Source: Obrimoposthia wandeli (lineage: Eukaryota). Taken from it: a stretch of 64,000 nt of DNA. The notes beneath the pieces are model-generated. The model was not told the DNA's origin. It was given only the letters and a program-made list of their open reading frames with translations, and made no database searches. This document shows, in pieces, positions 31,859 through 43,246 of this stretch; positions within the stretch are counted from its first letter, which is position 1; each line of letters opens with the position of its first letter. The stretch is taken from NCBI GenBank assembly GCA_977020255.1, contig CDROCS010003817.1, forward strand, positions 1 through 64,000, given 5' to 3'. The position numbers were made by a program, and so were the translations under genes.

Positions 31859-32710
31859 TTATTGACTGGCTGGTATTTTGTTGCGTATATCCACTAACGT
31901 GTCTATCACAGCAAAGATTACCAACATCGTAATCACATAGGGGCCTAGTAAAAAAGCAGCACAATACAGCGCTACTAACCAAGACTTACCTAAACTTCGT
32001 TTTGCTACAGCGCCGTGCGCTAGTGCTAATCCTGAAACGACCAGTGGTGCAACCATAATTGGCACCCACCGGATATACTCACCCCCACTATTGATAGCGA
32101 TTGCAGTTATCGCGATTAGCGATACAGCAAACACGGGTGATAACCGTAACTGATGAAACTCTTGTTGCAAGCCACCTTTATTAAACAAGGTAGATTGCCA
32201 CCAGCGAGCCAATAGCAAACTGGTTAACATCATCACAAAATGTAGCGTATCAAATACGCCCAATGTTGCTTGTAGCAACCATTGTGACTCCCCTGACAAG
32301 AGCGAACTTGTATCGGGTGATGTTTGCATCATCAATTTTTGTACGCCTTGCACAACTTTCGCTAACATATCGCCGTTTAATTGCTGCTGTACTAGACCTG
32401 CAATAACAGCTAGTAGCAGCGCGGCTTGTATAACACGTTGCCAAGACACGGTACTTCTCAGAACTAATGCCAGGATATAACTACCTAAAATAACAATTAA
32501 AGGTGAAAAATCTCCCTGGCGAGACCACATTATTGCCGGCACTAAAGCCCACACTAATATGATACCTCCCTTAGCTGCTCCCTTACGAAGAGCGACTAAG
32601 CTCACTACTGCTGCACTAAACCAGAACAGCAGTGGTAGCAAGGCGGTTAAAACCGCCACAACTATCGCCTGTGTACGACCCTTTAAAACAAATTGTGCAA
32701 GGGCGTGCAT
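31859..32710 (-). CDS. DUF2232/YybS-like membrane protein
   Basis: MHALAQFVLKGRTQA multi-TM protein between rpsR and rplI, as in pseudomonads. Confidence 0.85.
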   Translation of the reverse strand: MHALAQFVLKGRTQAIVVAVLTALLPLLFWFSAAVVSLVALRKGAAKGGIILVWALVPAIMWSRQGDFSPLIVILGSYILALVLRSTVSWQRVIQAALLLAVIAGLVQQQLNGDMLAKVVQGVQKLMMQTSPDTSSLLSGESQWLLQATLGVFDTLHFVMMLTSLLLARWWQSTLFNKGGLQQEFHQLRLSPVFAVSLIAITAIAINSGGEYIRWVPIMVAPLVVSGLALAHGAVAKRSLGKSWLVALYCAAFLLGPYVITMLVIFAVIDTLVDIRNKIPASQ

Positions 32711-32725
32711 AAACGTAGCCTTAAA

Positions 32726-32953
32726 TTACTGGTGATTGTCAGTATAAGGCAATAGCGCGATGAAACGTGCGCGCTTAATCGCTGTAGCCAGCTGACGCTG
32801 GTAACGAGCTTTAGTGCCAGTGATACGACTTGGTACAATCTTACCAGTCTCTGTTACGTATCCTTTCAACGTATCCAGATCTTTGTAATCAATCTCAGTT
32901 ACACCTTCAGCGGTGAAACGACAAAACTTACGACGACGAAAAAAACGAGCCAT
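32726..32953 (-). CDS. rpsR: 30S ribosomal protein S18
   Basis: [23 protein letters not shown]; Zn-free (C-minus) type. Confidence 0.99.
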   Translation of the reverse strand: MARFFRRRKFCRFTAEGVTEIDYKDLDTLKGYVTETGKIVPSRITGTKARYQRQLATAIKRARFIALLPYTDNHQ

Positions 32954-32982
32954 CTTATATCTCCTAGTGAACTTGGGTTCAA

Positions 32983-33411
32983 TTACTCAGCAACAGCTGC
33001 AGTAGCTTCTGGTGCAGCAGGTGCTGCTGTTTGAGCTTCAGCTTCTGGCTTAGGGCGAGTATCTTCACGGCGTGGGCGACGTTCTTCACGTGCTTCAGCT
33101 GCTTTAATTGGAGATACATCAGTGATCGCAGCTTTGCGACGAATTACCATGTTGCGTAAAACCGCATCATTGTAACGGAACATGTTCTCTAGCTCGTCCA
33201 GAGTTTCCTGGCCGCATTCGATGTTCATTAGGATGTAATGTGCTTTGTGTGCATTGTTGATTGGGTATGCCAATTGGCGACGGCCCCAGTCTTCCATGCG
33301 GTGAACAGTACCTTGTGCAGTATCGATAACGTTAGTGTAACGCTCGACCATACTTGATACTTGCTCGCTTTGGTTCGGATGAACCATAAAAACGATTTCG
33401 TAATGACGCAT
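32983..33411 (-). CDS. rpsF: 30S ribosomal protein S6
   Basis: [24 protein letters not shown]; Ala/Glu-rich tail. Confidence 0.99.
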   Translation of the reverse strand: MRHYEIVFMVHPNQSEQVSSMVERYTNVIDTAQGTVHRMEDWGRRQLAYPINNAHKAHYILMNIECGQETLDELENMFRYNDAVLRNMVIRRKAAITDVSPIKAAEAREERRPRREDTRPKPEAEAQTAAPAAPEATAAVAE

Positions 33412-33468
33412 TGTAGCTCCCTACGGGTTAAAAAGCCTTTAAACAACTTAGGTTCAAAAGCAAGGAGG
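33412..33468 (-). promoter_or_regulatory. S6:S18 ribosomal protein autoregulatory leader
   Basis: Minus strand CUCCUUGC pairs with the SD-containing GUAGGGAG; inner stem UUUUGAAC/GUUUAAAG; unpaired CCC next to the SD. Confidence 0.7.
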
Positions 33469-33518
33469 TTAATATAAATTCTCTTCTATAAACAACAATT
33501 GTTTAAAAAGAGCGCGGT

Positions 33519-33547
33519 ATTATAGTGCGAATGACGATTTGACACAA
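33519..33547 (-). promoter_or_regulatory. rpsF sigma70 promoter with GC-rich discriminator
   Basis: TTGTGT-N17-TATAAT followed by accgcgc. Confidence 0.65.
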
Positions 33548-33700
33548 GACAAAACGAAAGATAGTGCATTATTCAATCAACCTTTTTAACCGACGAGCTC
33601 GACATCTATTTAGTCGTTGATCATCAGTAGCAAGGAATAGTGATGAACTTAACTGTGAAATAAATCACTTCTATTTATTCAGCATGCTATTTTTTAGATA

Positions 33701-36058
33701 CTAGTTCGCGATTTTTGTCTCGGCTTTTAATAGGCGCAAGCCATTGGCAACCACCAGCACGCTTGCACCTACATCGGCAAACACAGCCATCCACATGCCG
33801 CCAAGTCCTATAAGCGTTATCACTAAGAACACTACCTTTATCATTATTGCAAAACTGATGTTTTGCACTAAAACGGTATGCATTTTTTTAGATAGCGCAA
33901 TAAATTCAGGTATTTTTCTTAAATCATCATCCATTAATGCAACATCTGCCGTTTCTATCGCAGTATCTGTACCTAGCGCCCCCATCGCAAACCCTAAGTC
34001 CGCTTTTGCTAAAGCGGGAGCATCATTAATACCATCGCCAACCATCCCTACTACTTGGGTTTTATTTGCAGCGCTAAATCCTGCAATGCGCTTATTACCT
34101 TTCTCTTTAGATGTTTCTTTAAGCTCCTCTTTAGTCACCTTATCGCCAGCTTGAAGCGCTGTTATTATGCTTAATTTATCTTCGGGTAATAATTGTGCTT
34201 TTACGCTATCAATTCCCACTTGTTTGGCAATCATATTCGCAACGTGCTTATTATCCCCTGAAAGCATCACAGTCTTAACGCCCAGCTTATGAAGCTCTGC
34301 TATGGCTTGTGTGCTATTTGGCTTAACGGTATCTGCCACAGCAATGAAAGCTAAAATATTTTCATTTGTCATCAACAAATTCAAGGTTTTTCCCTGCTTT
34401 TCAAAAGCATCTATTCTCTGCTCAAGCTCAGGCGTCAGCAGCTTGAACTGTTTTGCAAATGCAACATTACCTAAATAATAGTGAATACCTTTAATATCAC
34501 CTTGAATACCATTACCGACAGTGGCAACAAAATTTTGCACCGCTAACACTTCAATAGCACTTTCTTGTAATGACTTAGTTATCGCTTGGGAAACGGGATG
34601 ATCTGAGTAACTACTTAAACTTAGCGCGACTGTTTTAAAGCTATATTCTTGCTGCACTGCTACATCATCTACTGTTGCAAAATCTGTTAGCTTAGGACGC
34701 CCTTGCGTAATTGTGCCGGTTTTATCAAGCGCTAAGTGCTGTATATGGCGCCCTTGCTCTAAGTGAACACCCCCTTTAACCAGTATTCCTCGCCTTGCTG
34801 CTGCTGTTAAGCCACTCACAACAGTCACTGGTGTCGATATGACTAATGCACATGGACACGCTATCACTAACAGCACTAATGCTTTATAGATCCATTCTTG
34901 CCAATCTCCTGCAAAGACAGCGGGCATTATGATCGCAACCGCTAACGCTATAACAAACACTAGCGGGGTATACACTCTAGCAAACTTATCAATAAACCGT
35001 TGGATAGGCGCCTTATTACTCTGCGCTTGATCAACCACTTTTATAATAGCCGCCAATGTCGTATCAGAGGTTATAGCAGTTACTTCAAACTCAAAGGCAC
35101 CATTACCATTAATCGTGCCTGCAAAAATACTATCGCCAACCCCTTTGTCTACCCGCATGCTCTCTCCGGTTATCGGCGCTTGGTCTACACTTGAATTACC
35201 GCTATTAATGGTCCCATCTAAACTAATACGCTCACCGGGCCTTACTCTAACTATTGCGCCTTTGACTACACTTTTGGTGTCTACCTCTGTCCATTGATCA
35301 TTGCGTAATATAGTGGTCAATGCAGGGCTAAGCTCTAACAACCCGCGAATAGCATTACCTGCTTTTTGTAAAGAATTTTGCTCAATCAGCTCTGCAAGAC
35401 TAAATAACACCATCACCATTGCAGCTTCAGGCCACTCGCCTAAAATAAATGCACCTGTTACTGCAATGCTCATTAGCGCATTAATATTTAAATCGAAATT
35501 AATGATCGAAATCCAGCCTTTTTTGTAGGTTTCAATTCCACAAACACCAATGGCGACAACCGCCAGTATCATCGAGACCCAATAGTTATCACCAAGCCAA
35601 CTAACTGCTTCACTAAAAAAACCAAGTACAGCTGCTATACCTAGCCATAAATACTTACCTTTAGGCTGCTCTATTACTAAGGGTGCATCATCAAACTTAA
35701 CCTCTGGTTCATAGCCTAGTGATTTTATCCCCGCTAATATTTCTTCAAGTGCACTGTCGCTATGTACCACACTTAGCACTCTATTAAGCAGTTTGAATTC
35801 TAACGAAACAACACCGTCTACATTGGCAAGCTTTGCACGGATCAATCGCTCTTCGGTAGGGCAGTCCATCTGCATGATTCTAATATCAGTTTTGGTTCCT
35901 GCACTGGTTTTAACCGAGGCTTGCATTGGTTTTAACTGCACTTGATCATCTGAGCAACAACTAGTATGTGCATGCGAATGCTCTGCATTTTTATCATGTT
36001 CTTGTTCAACTTGGGTGCTGCTAGCTGCTTGCTCTTTAGCTGTATCATTTAAACTCAT
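33701..36058 (-). CDS. cadA: P1B-type Zn/Cd/Pb-translocating ATPase (CadA/ZntA)
   Basis: His/Cys-rich N-terminus (HSHAHTSCC), MDCPTEE metal-binding domain, TGES, CPC, DKTGT, GDGINDAPALA, FADVG. Confidence 0.93.
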   Translation of the reverse strand: MSLNDTAKEQAASSTQVEQEHDKNAEHSHAHTSCCSDDQVQLKPMQASVKTSAGTKTDIRIMQMDCPTEERLIRAKLANVDGVVSLEFKLLNRVLSVVHSDSALEEILAGIKSLGYEPEVKFDDAPLVIEQPKGKYLWLGIAAVLGFFSEAVSWLGDNYWVSMILAVVAIGVCGIETYKKGWISIINFDLNINALMSIAVTGAFILGEWPEAAMVMVLFSLAELIEQNSLQKAGNAIRGLLELSPALTTILRNDQWTEVDTKSVVKGAIVRVRPGERISLDGTINSGNSSVDQAPITGESMRVDKGVGDSIFAGTINGNGAFEFEVTAITSDTTLAAIIKVVDQAQSNKAPIQRFIDKFARVYTPLVFVIALAVAIIMPAVFAGDWQEWIYKALVLLVIACPCALVISTPVTVVSGLTAAARRGILVKGGVHLEQGRHIQHLALDKTGTITQGRPKLTDFATVDDVAVQQEYSFKTVALSLSSYSDHPVSQAITKSLQESAIEVLAVQNFVATVGNGIQGDIKGIHYYLGNVAFAKQFKLLTPELEQRIDAFEKQGKTLNLLMTNENILAFIAVADTVKPNSTQAIAELHKLGVKTVMLSGDNKHVANMIAKQVGIDSVKAQLLPEDKLSIITALQAGDKVTKEELKETSKEKGNKRIAGFSAANKTQVVGMVGDGINDAPALAKADLGFAMGALGTDTAIETADVALMDDDLRKIPEFIALSKKMHTVLVQNISFAIMIKVVFLVITLIGLGGMWMAVFADVGASVLVVANGLRLLKAETKIAN

Positions 36059-36159
36059 AGCGGTTCCAGCATTTATATGCTTTAGTAAGCCCTGCGGTTT
36101 CTACTCATTTTTTAAGCTCCAAGCGAAGAGATTACCCTTAATCAACTTGTGCTATACTC

Positions 36160-36190
36160 ATTTAACACTCTAAAGCCACTTCAGGGTCAA
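36160..36190 (-). promoter_or_regulatory. MerR-type (CadR) promoter/operator for cadA
   Basis: TTGACC-N19-TTAAAT with dyad ACCCTGAAG/CTTTAGAGT; the 19-bp spacer is diagnostic of MerR activation. Confidence 0.85.
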
Positions 36191-36348
36191 CTGTTTTATA
36201 ACGAGTTTTAATCCATAAACAAATGCCTACTGCGAATGCTTCACTAACCTGACTTGATCACTACTAGATATAATTATTGAAACCTGCTTGTGGCGATCTC
36301 GTTTATGGATAGAAATTAACAAATAATTTGAATCGATAGGACCATAAG

Positions 36349-36798
36349 ATGAAAATCGGAGCGCTAGCCAAAACACTAAACTGTACAGTCGAAACTATCC
36401 GCTACTACGAAAAAATTGGTTTAATTCCCGCAAGCATTCGTGATCAAAACAATAACTATCGACATTACAACCAAAACCACATCGACAGATTGACATTTGT
36501 GCGACACTGTCGAGCACTGGCGATGAGTCATGAAGAAATTTTAGAGCTCATAAAAGCGCGCACTCAAAACGCACAAGACTGTCAAAATATTGATAAAGTG
36601 ATCGATAATCACTTAGTGCACGTCAGTTCACGTATCAAAGAATTACAACGACTCGAACAACAGTTACTTGAATTACGTAAGCAATGCCGCTCGCCAGGAG
36701 ATAGCCAGCAGTGTGGCATTTTACATGGACTAGACACTCCTCTAAAACAGGACACCCTTAGTTCAAATAAGCATAACCATATACCAGGAAGTCATTAG
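36349..36798 (+). CDS. cadR: Cd(II)/Pb(II)-responsive MerR-family regulator
   Basis: MKIGALAK...ETIRYYEKIGL, FVRHCRAL, three Cys, His-rich tail; divergent from cadA. Confidence 0.9.
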   Translation: MKIGALAKTLNCTVETIRYYEKIGLIPASIRDQNNNYRHYNQNHIDRLTFVRHCRALAMSHEEILELIKARTQNAQDCQNIDKVIDNHLVHVSSRIKELQRLEQQLLELRKQCRSPGDSQQCGILHGLDTPLKQDTLSSNKHNHIPGSH

Positions 36799-37068
36799 CT
36801 GGCCCTGTCAATTACTCTAAAAATGCTCTTTAATAGGGTGTTTTTATCTTATTAAGACATCTAACTGACGAATCCTATAAATGCCCTATTTTAGTCTGTT
36901 TATATGTATTATGATGCGCCCGTGCTAGGCTGTAAGGGCTATAAAAAAATAGAGCGAAAAGTTTTTATAGTCTTTGGTTATTCACCTTAGTATTAGGCAT
37001 ACTTAAATTTTCGTGTGCCTTTCAAATTTAACTATCGAAAGTAAACACAACAACATAACTACGCAGCA

Positions 37069-37557
37069 ATGACTGAAATGAGCGATAGCGAACCGGCTAA
37101 AATTAAGCTGACCAATAAAGATAAACAACTATTAGTGTTGTTACAAAATAATGCGCGAGAATCTAATGCATCTCTGGCACGTACTATCGGGGTGTCTAGA
37201 GCAACCATACAAGAGCGTATCCAGCGTTTAGAAACAGCGGGCGTTATCCAGGGATATAGTGTAAAAATCAACCAGCAAAAGATAAATAATAATATCGATG
37301 CGATTGTCATGCTCGTTGCACAAAACAAAGCCTATCAAGAAACATTCGATAGCATCGAGAAAATACCGTACATCAAAACCATTCACTCACTCAGTGGAGA
37401 ATGGGATTGGTCACTGTTTATATCGGCACCAACAATAGATGAGCTGCATCTCTGTATTAGCCAAATTAATGCCCAACCCGGTGTAAAATCAACGGTATCG
37501 CATATTGTGATGAAAACCCGTTTAGATAGAAAATCTGAAGTTAAAATCGACCTATAA
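37069..37557 (+). CDS. Lrp/AsnC family regulator
   Basis: DKQLLVLLQNNARESNASLARTIGVSRATIQERIQRLE, SLSGEWD. Confidence 0.92.
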   Translation: MTEMSDSEPAKIKLTNKDKQLLVLLQNNARESNASLARTIGVSRATIQERIQRLETAGVIQGYSVKINQQKINNNIDAIVMLVAQNKAYQETFDSIEKIPYIKTIHSLSGEWDWSLFISAPTIDELHLCISQINAQPGVKSTVSHIVMKTRLDRKSEVKIDL

Positions 37558-37691
37558 GCTCTCTTAACTACCCTATTCAAATACAATAATCCTAGCCTAC
37601 TTTTACTCAACACATTTATCTCTGTTTCTTGACCTGCCTATAAGCATAGAGTTGATAGAGACTTATATAAATTTAACAGCAGGATAACATA

Positions 37692-38588
37692 TTGAAGAAC
37701 TTGATTAATCAATCAATAAACCGCCTCTCTAGTAGTGCTCAAGGCGTGCTGTTAGCACTAATATCCACTTTATTGTTTGTCTTGGTTGGCGTGTTAGTCA
37801 AAACATTAAGTAGCAGCATAGACGTATTTCAAATTTTGCTCTTTAGGCAGCTCATCTTCATTACATTGTTAATCCCAGCGATGATAACGTCTATTGATGT
37901 GCTACTTAAACCGCGTTTTATTTCGCTACACTTCTTACGAATTACGGCTGCCTTTATCGCTTTATATTGTGGCTTTATTACGCTCGGTAATATCCCACTG
38001 GCAGATGCAACCGCACTAGGCTTTACTCAGGTATTATTTGTCGCTGGTATTTCTAAGTATTTTCTCAATGAGTCGATCACCTGGATGAGAATCATCACTA
38101 TTGGTATCGGTTTTATTGGCGTGATGCTCGTTGTGCGCCCAACCTTTGATGACACAAGTTTGATCTATACCTTAACGGGTTTAGCAGCTGCTATTGGTGC
38201 GGCTGTAGCAGTGGTTTGCGTGCGAAGCATTGCTAAAACTGAGCCCAAAATTGTACTGTTAGCCTATCAGGCAATATTTGTTGGTTTACTCGCGTTACTA
38301 CCCAGTTTTCTTACTTGGCAGTGGCCTAATACTTATGAGCTAATATTATTGGTCTGTGTTGGTGTGGTTTCTTCAATTGCACAATGGGTTGGGATAACCT
38401 CTTATAAGTACGGTGAGGCAAATGTTATTTCCAACGTTGAATACGCGAAAATGCTCTATTCAATCATGTTTGGTTACTGGATTTTTACAGAAGTCCCCGA
38501 CACATTGGCCATTGTGGGAGCGCTGATAATCATAGCAAGTGCATTTATACCTTTGTTAGCTAATCGTTTTGCTAAGCATGCAAAATAA
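37692..38588 (+). CDS. DMT/EamA transporter
   Basis: QILLFRQ, IPLADATALGFTQVLF, FLNESIT, FTEVPD; TTG start. Confidence 0.9.
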   Translation: MKNLINQSINRLSSSAQGVLLALISTLLFVLVGVLVKTLSSSIDVFQILLFRQLIFITLLIPAMITSIDVLLKPRFISLHFLRITAAFIALYCGFITLGNIPLADATALGFTQVLFVAGISKYFLNESITWMRIITIGIGFIGVMLVVRPTFDDTSLIYTLTGLAAAIGAAVAVVCVRSIAKTEPKIVLLAYQAIFVGLLALLPSFLTWQWPNTYELILLVCVGVVSSIAQWVGITSYKYGEANVISNVEYAKMLYSIMFGYWIFTEVPDTLAIVGALIIIASAFIPLLANRFAKHAK

Positions 38589-38648
38589 ACAAATGTTTAT
38601 CAGTTAAATTTTAAATAAAGGTAAAGTAAAGGTTAAGGGTTAAAAATA

Positions 38649-38669
38649 AAGAGGCGTTAACCGCCTCTT
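38649..38669. terminator. Hairpin between convergent DMT gene and frmA
   Basis: aagaggcg-ttaac-cgcctctt. Confidence 0.6.
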
Positions 38670-38683
38670 AACCTTACGATTGA

Positions 38684-39823
<1,140 letters not shown>

Positions 39824-40300
39824 TCACTGATAATAAATCAAGATCTCCATAACCTATTATTGAGCTAAGGCTCAGCCCTATTGGTATTTTAAGGAGATCA
39901 CAAACTAGATAATTAGCATGTATACAGACTTAGTTAGTATTGATCAACTACTAGCTTTCAAAGGTCACTAAAGATGTAAAAAATTGTCATTTATAACCCA
40001 TGCTGTAACGTAGTGATGGCTTAGCCCATCAACAACAGCGGCTTGTTGTATGCTCTATATTGGTAAAGATAATCTTTTAAATTTCGGCAGTTATTATTTA
40101 CATTGATAATTTGCGTTAAAAATTTGGTCACTAAACTTAGGCTAAATCCATAAAAACATTAAATTGGCAGTTTTCATCACGATATATAAGCTCTGCGCTA
40201 TATTTGAGTTTATATGAGCTTAATAACACCGTTGGTTTTTCTTGGATTAACTGTTTTCTATCACTTCATTTATTAACCCACTTCAACTAAAGGTATAAAT

Positions 40301-41236
40301 ATGGAGCATTTTGAGCGTATTACAATTTTAGGCGCGGGCACTATTGGCATGAGCTGGGCTGCTCTTTTTTTAGCGAGCGCGAGAGAAGTCACTGTTTACG
40401 ATCCATCTGCAAAAATAGAGTCGAAGCTCAAAGCGTTTATAGAATCTGCAGAACCCGCGTTATCTGCTTTGGGCTGGAGTGATGCGGGTAATCTTGACAA
40501 ACTAGTCTTTGATCAACGGCCAGAATCTGCTGTACAAGGTGCACACTTTATTCAAGAGAGTATTCCAGAGCGCTTAGACTTAAAACATACACTGTATGCA
40601 AATATTGAACCACACTTAAGCAGCCAAGCAATTGTAGCCACATCGACTTCAGGGCTGACCCTTAGCGACCTTCAATTAGGCTTTAAAGATCCATCTGGGC
40701 TTATACTAGCCCACCCTTTTAACCCACCGCACTTAATCCCTTTAGTTGAACTTATGGGGAACGCTAAAACGGATATGCAACATCTTTCAAGGGCGCAAAC
40801 TTTTTATCAAAGCTTAGGCAAACAAACGATACGACTAAATCGAGAAATCCCCGGTCATATCGCCAACCGCTTGCAAGCCGCTCTTTGGAGAGAGTGTATT
40901 CATTTATTAAAAGAAGATGTTGCCAGCTTAGAAGATATAGATAAAGCAGTGGCGTTTGGGCCTGGGTTACGTTGGGCTGCGTTAGGACCCAGCTCATTAT
41001 TCCATTTAGGTGGTGGTGAGCAAGGCATCGCAGGTTTTTGTGAACACATAGGCCCACCTATGCAAACGTGGTGGGATGATTTAGGCAAACCAAACCTAGA
41101 CACTGACACTAAACAGCGCTTAATTGATGGCATGCAAGATATTACCGACAAAACACCCACCCTGCAGCTACAACAAAAGCGTGACCAATTAATTGTTGAA
41201 TACCTTAAAACCCAACAGCTTTTAACAAAACCTTAG
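40301..41236 (+). CDS. 3-hydroxyacyl-CoA dehydrogenase family (L-carnitine dehydrogenase / lambda-crystallin-like)
   Basis: GAGTIG, QESIPERLDLK, HPFNPPHLIPLVE, GHIANRLQAALWRE, GPGLRWA. Confidence 0.88.
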   Translation: MEHFERITILGAGTIGMSWAALFLASAREVTVYDPSAKIESKLKAFIESAEPALSALGWSDAGNLDKLVFDQRPESAVQGAHFIQESIPERLDLKHTLYANIEPHLSSQAIVATSTSGLTLSDLQLGFKDPSGLILAHPFNPPHLIPLVELMGNAKTDMQHLSRAQTFYQSLGKQTIRLNREIPGHIANRLQAALWRECIHLLKEDVASLEDIDKAVAFGPGLRWAALGPSSLFHLGGGEQGIAGFCEHIGPPMQTWWDDLGKPNLDTDTKQRLIDGMQDITDKTPTLQLQQKRDQLIVEYLKTQQLLTKP

Positions 41237-41246
41237 CTGTCACAAA

Positions 41247-41279
41247 AAATATGAATTAGGCGCAACCTAATTCATATTT
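41247..41279. terminator. Bidirectional terminator-like hairpin
   Basis: Perfect 14-bp stem aaatatgaattagg-cgcaa-cctaattcatattt. Confidence 0.7.
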
Positions 41280-41322
41280 GGCAGTACACACCTTGCTATA
41301 AAATAAAGCGCAAGATAGAGAT

Positions 41323-42180
41323 TTATTGCGGTTCACTTATAATAAGCACACTGCTTTTTAACAATAATTCATTCGGTATAGAAATACTGTCACCAGTAGA
41401 TGTTTTAACCCATGTATTTACGGCACCTACTTCCAACACCTCTCCTTTGTATTCTCCCATTTCTATCATTGTTCCAGGTGTAAAACTCTCTCTTGCATAA
41501 CTGCCCGTGAGTATATTCTTTGCCACATCTTTAGCGCCTAATCCCACCGCTATTGCTAGCGCTAACACGGCACCGGTCAACATGATCAGTAGTATCGAAT
41601 AAAGTAATTTGGTGTCAATATTAAGCTGTTCTAACGACATCAATACGATGCTGGCTAAAATAATAAAATACAAGGCACTGCCTAACGTACCTTTGGAATT
41701 AACATTGCTAAAGACCCTGCTACTACTTACGGTGTCTTTTACAAACTTTGCGAACATCGCGCCGAGCATTAAAATAGTAATGGCGATCATCAACTTAGGA
41801 AGATAACTAACCACTGACTTCATCAAAACGACTAAGTCTTTAAAGTCTAGCGTGTCAGCGGCAGGCACCATGAACATAAATAGAATCAGCCAGAAGAATA
41901 TTTTTCCAACAATACTGGAAGGCTTTTGCGTAATGCCTGCATTGTCCATCATGCTGAGCACACCGGAATCATTGCTAATTCGGTCAAAACCTATTTTAGC
42001 CAGCATAGAAGAGCTCATTTTTTTAATGATAATGGCAATCACCCAACCAATCAGTAAAATAGCAGCAGCGCCTATTAAATTTGGTAATACGCTTAAAATA
42101 CTCGCCCATTGGTCGGTTAGGTTATCGACAACCATCAATTTTAACTTCTCGGTATTGATCAAACTTGCCCAATCACTCAT
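41323..42180 (-). CDS. cmpX: CmpX-like mechanosensitive-channel (MscS-family) protein
   Basis: Two LPNL/LPKL TM-helix repeats, ALAIAVGLGAKDVAKNILTG, GEVLEVG...SIPN; strongly resembles Pseudomonas CmpX. Confidence 0.8.
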   Translation of the reverse strand: MSDWASLINTEKLKLMVVDNLTDQWASILSVLPNLIGAAAILLIGWVIAIIIKKMSSSMLAKIGFDRISNDSGVLSMMDNAGITQKPSSIVGKIFFWLILFMFMVPAADTLDFKDLVVLMKSVVSYLPKLMIAITILMLGAMFAKFVKDTVSSSRVFSNVNSKGTLGSALYFIILASIVLMSLEQLNIDTKLLYSILLIMLTGAVLALAIAVGLGAKDVAKNILTGSYARESFTPGTMIEMGEYKGEVLEVGAVNTWVKTSTGDSISIPNELLLKSSVLIISEPQ

Positions 42181-42413
42181 TCTTTATTCCCTTTTTTAAA
42201 CGTCTTATTTTCGCCAGCGGCTATGCACCACATTGTGCTGATTATCTTTACTGAAAAATCAATCAACTCACGTAGCGACAGTTCATATAAACTTTTCTTC
42301 AAAATAACTTTTACTCTTTCATCACTGTTACCCTTCGGTACTTTGCACTGCGCAAACAACGCTCTAATGCGCGCTTCAGATTCTTGTATCTCTGTTTGGT
42401 TATTTGTATCCAT
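42177..42413 (-). CDS. Small CfrX-like protein (putative SigX anti-sigma factor)
   Basis: 78 aa; stop overlaps the cmpX start (ATGA); E-x-x-IR-x-L...VxxILK-x-S...ELIDF pattern, size and position resemble Pseudomonas CfrX. Confidence 0.6.
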   Translation of the reverse strand: MDTNNQTEIQESEARIRALFAQCKVPKGNSDERVKVILKKSLYELSLRELIDFSVKIISTMWCIAAGENKTFKKGNKE

Positions 42414-42427
42414 TTTTTATCCTGTAA

Positions 42428-42991
42428 CTACTCGCATAATTGCTGATACAACAGCTTAAATTTCTCAAGTGATCTATAGAATTTCATTTTCGTAGCACTT
42501 AGCTTTTTGCCCATAACCGCAGCAATGTCGTTTAGACCAAGATCATTGTTAAACCTCAATAATATTAAATTTCTATCCTCATGATCCAAGTGTTCAATCA
42601 CTTCATGTACACAAAGAATGTTGTTATCTTTTGCCACACAATTAGCTGTTTCGCTACGCTCATCATCACTGATCAAATCTACATCTTCTATCGCATGGTA
42701 TCTTGCGCGCTCTTTGTTACGTTTCACCAGCAGAGTATTGCAGTGATTAACCGCAATGCTATACAGCCACGTTTTAAACTCAGACCTAAATTGAAACTTA
42801 GGTAGTGCATGAAAAACCTTTAAGAAAACATCTTGTGATGCATCTTCTGCCAACTCTTTGGTTGATAAATAACGATAACACAATGCATAAACATAGCTTT
42901 CATAGCGCTTCACTAACTCAGTATAGGCCTGTGTGATATAGGGCAGCTGTGAGATAGATAAAGTAACTAAATCTTTTTCATTCATGTTCAC
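42428..42991 (-). CDS. sigX: ECF sigma factor, SigX-like
   Basis: AYTELVKRY, AEDASQDVFLKV, SEFKTWLYSI, and LLRF...IAAVM-x-x-x-LSATKM as in Pseudomonas SigX. Confidence 0.78.
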   Translation of the reverse strand: MNMNEKDLVTLSISQLPYITQAYTELVKRYESYVYALCYRYLSTKELAEDASQDVFLKVFHALPKFQFRSEFKTWLYSIAVNHCNTLLVKRNKERARYHAIEDVDLISDDERSETANCVAKDNNILCVHEVIEHLDHEDRNLILLRFNNDLGLNDIAAVMGKKLSATKMKFYRSLEKFKLLYQQLCE

Positions 42992-43065
42992 TAAAATAAT
43001 CTTAACCCCTAGCTGAGCTGCTTGTGTGCTTCACTTCAACACCTTTAAAAGTGTGTACTAAATAT

Positions 43066-43092
43066 AGACACAACAAAATACAGAAAAGTCAC
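43066..43092 (-). promoter_or_regulatory. Putative ECF promoter toward sigX
   Basis: Minus strand tGTGACTtt...GTCT with an exact 17-nt spacer. Confidence 0.65.
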
Positions 43093-43136
43093 ATAAAAAC
43101 CAGCTTAACCAAAAATAAATATATTTTATATTTTTT

Positions 43137-43163
43137 GTGACTTTATCAATATTCACCTCGTCT
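43137..43163 (+). promoter_or_regulatory. Putative ECF promoter toward the beta-barrel gene
   Basis: Plus strand tGTGACTtt...GTCT with an exact 17-nt spacer; same architecture as the divergent copy. Confidence 0.65.
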
Positions 43164-43246
43164 CATTGTTTGATAGCCAAATATGGCATTTACAAAACAA
43201 TCTTATATGACAATCACTTGTTATTTATGGACAGGATAAAACCGTT

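Noticed and set aside
31155-36928. Similar strings atgatgcccgtgctag (31155-70) and atgatgcgcccgtgctag (36911-28)
   Set aside because: Short, only two copies with an indel; may just be -10 plus discriminator-like sequence. Not enough to call a repeat family.
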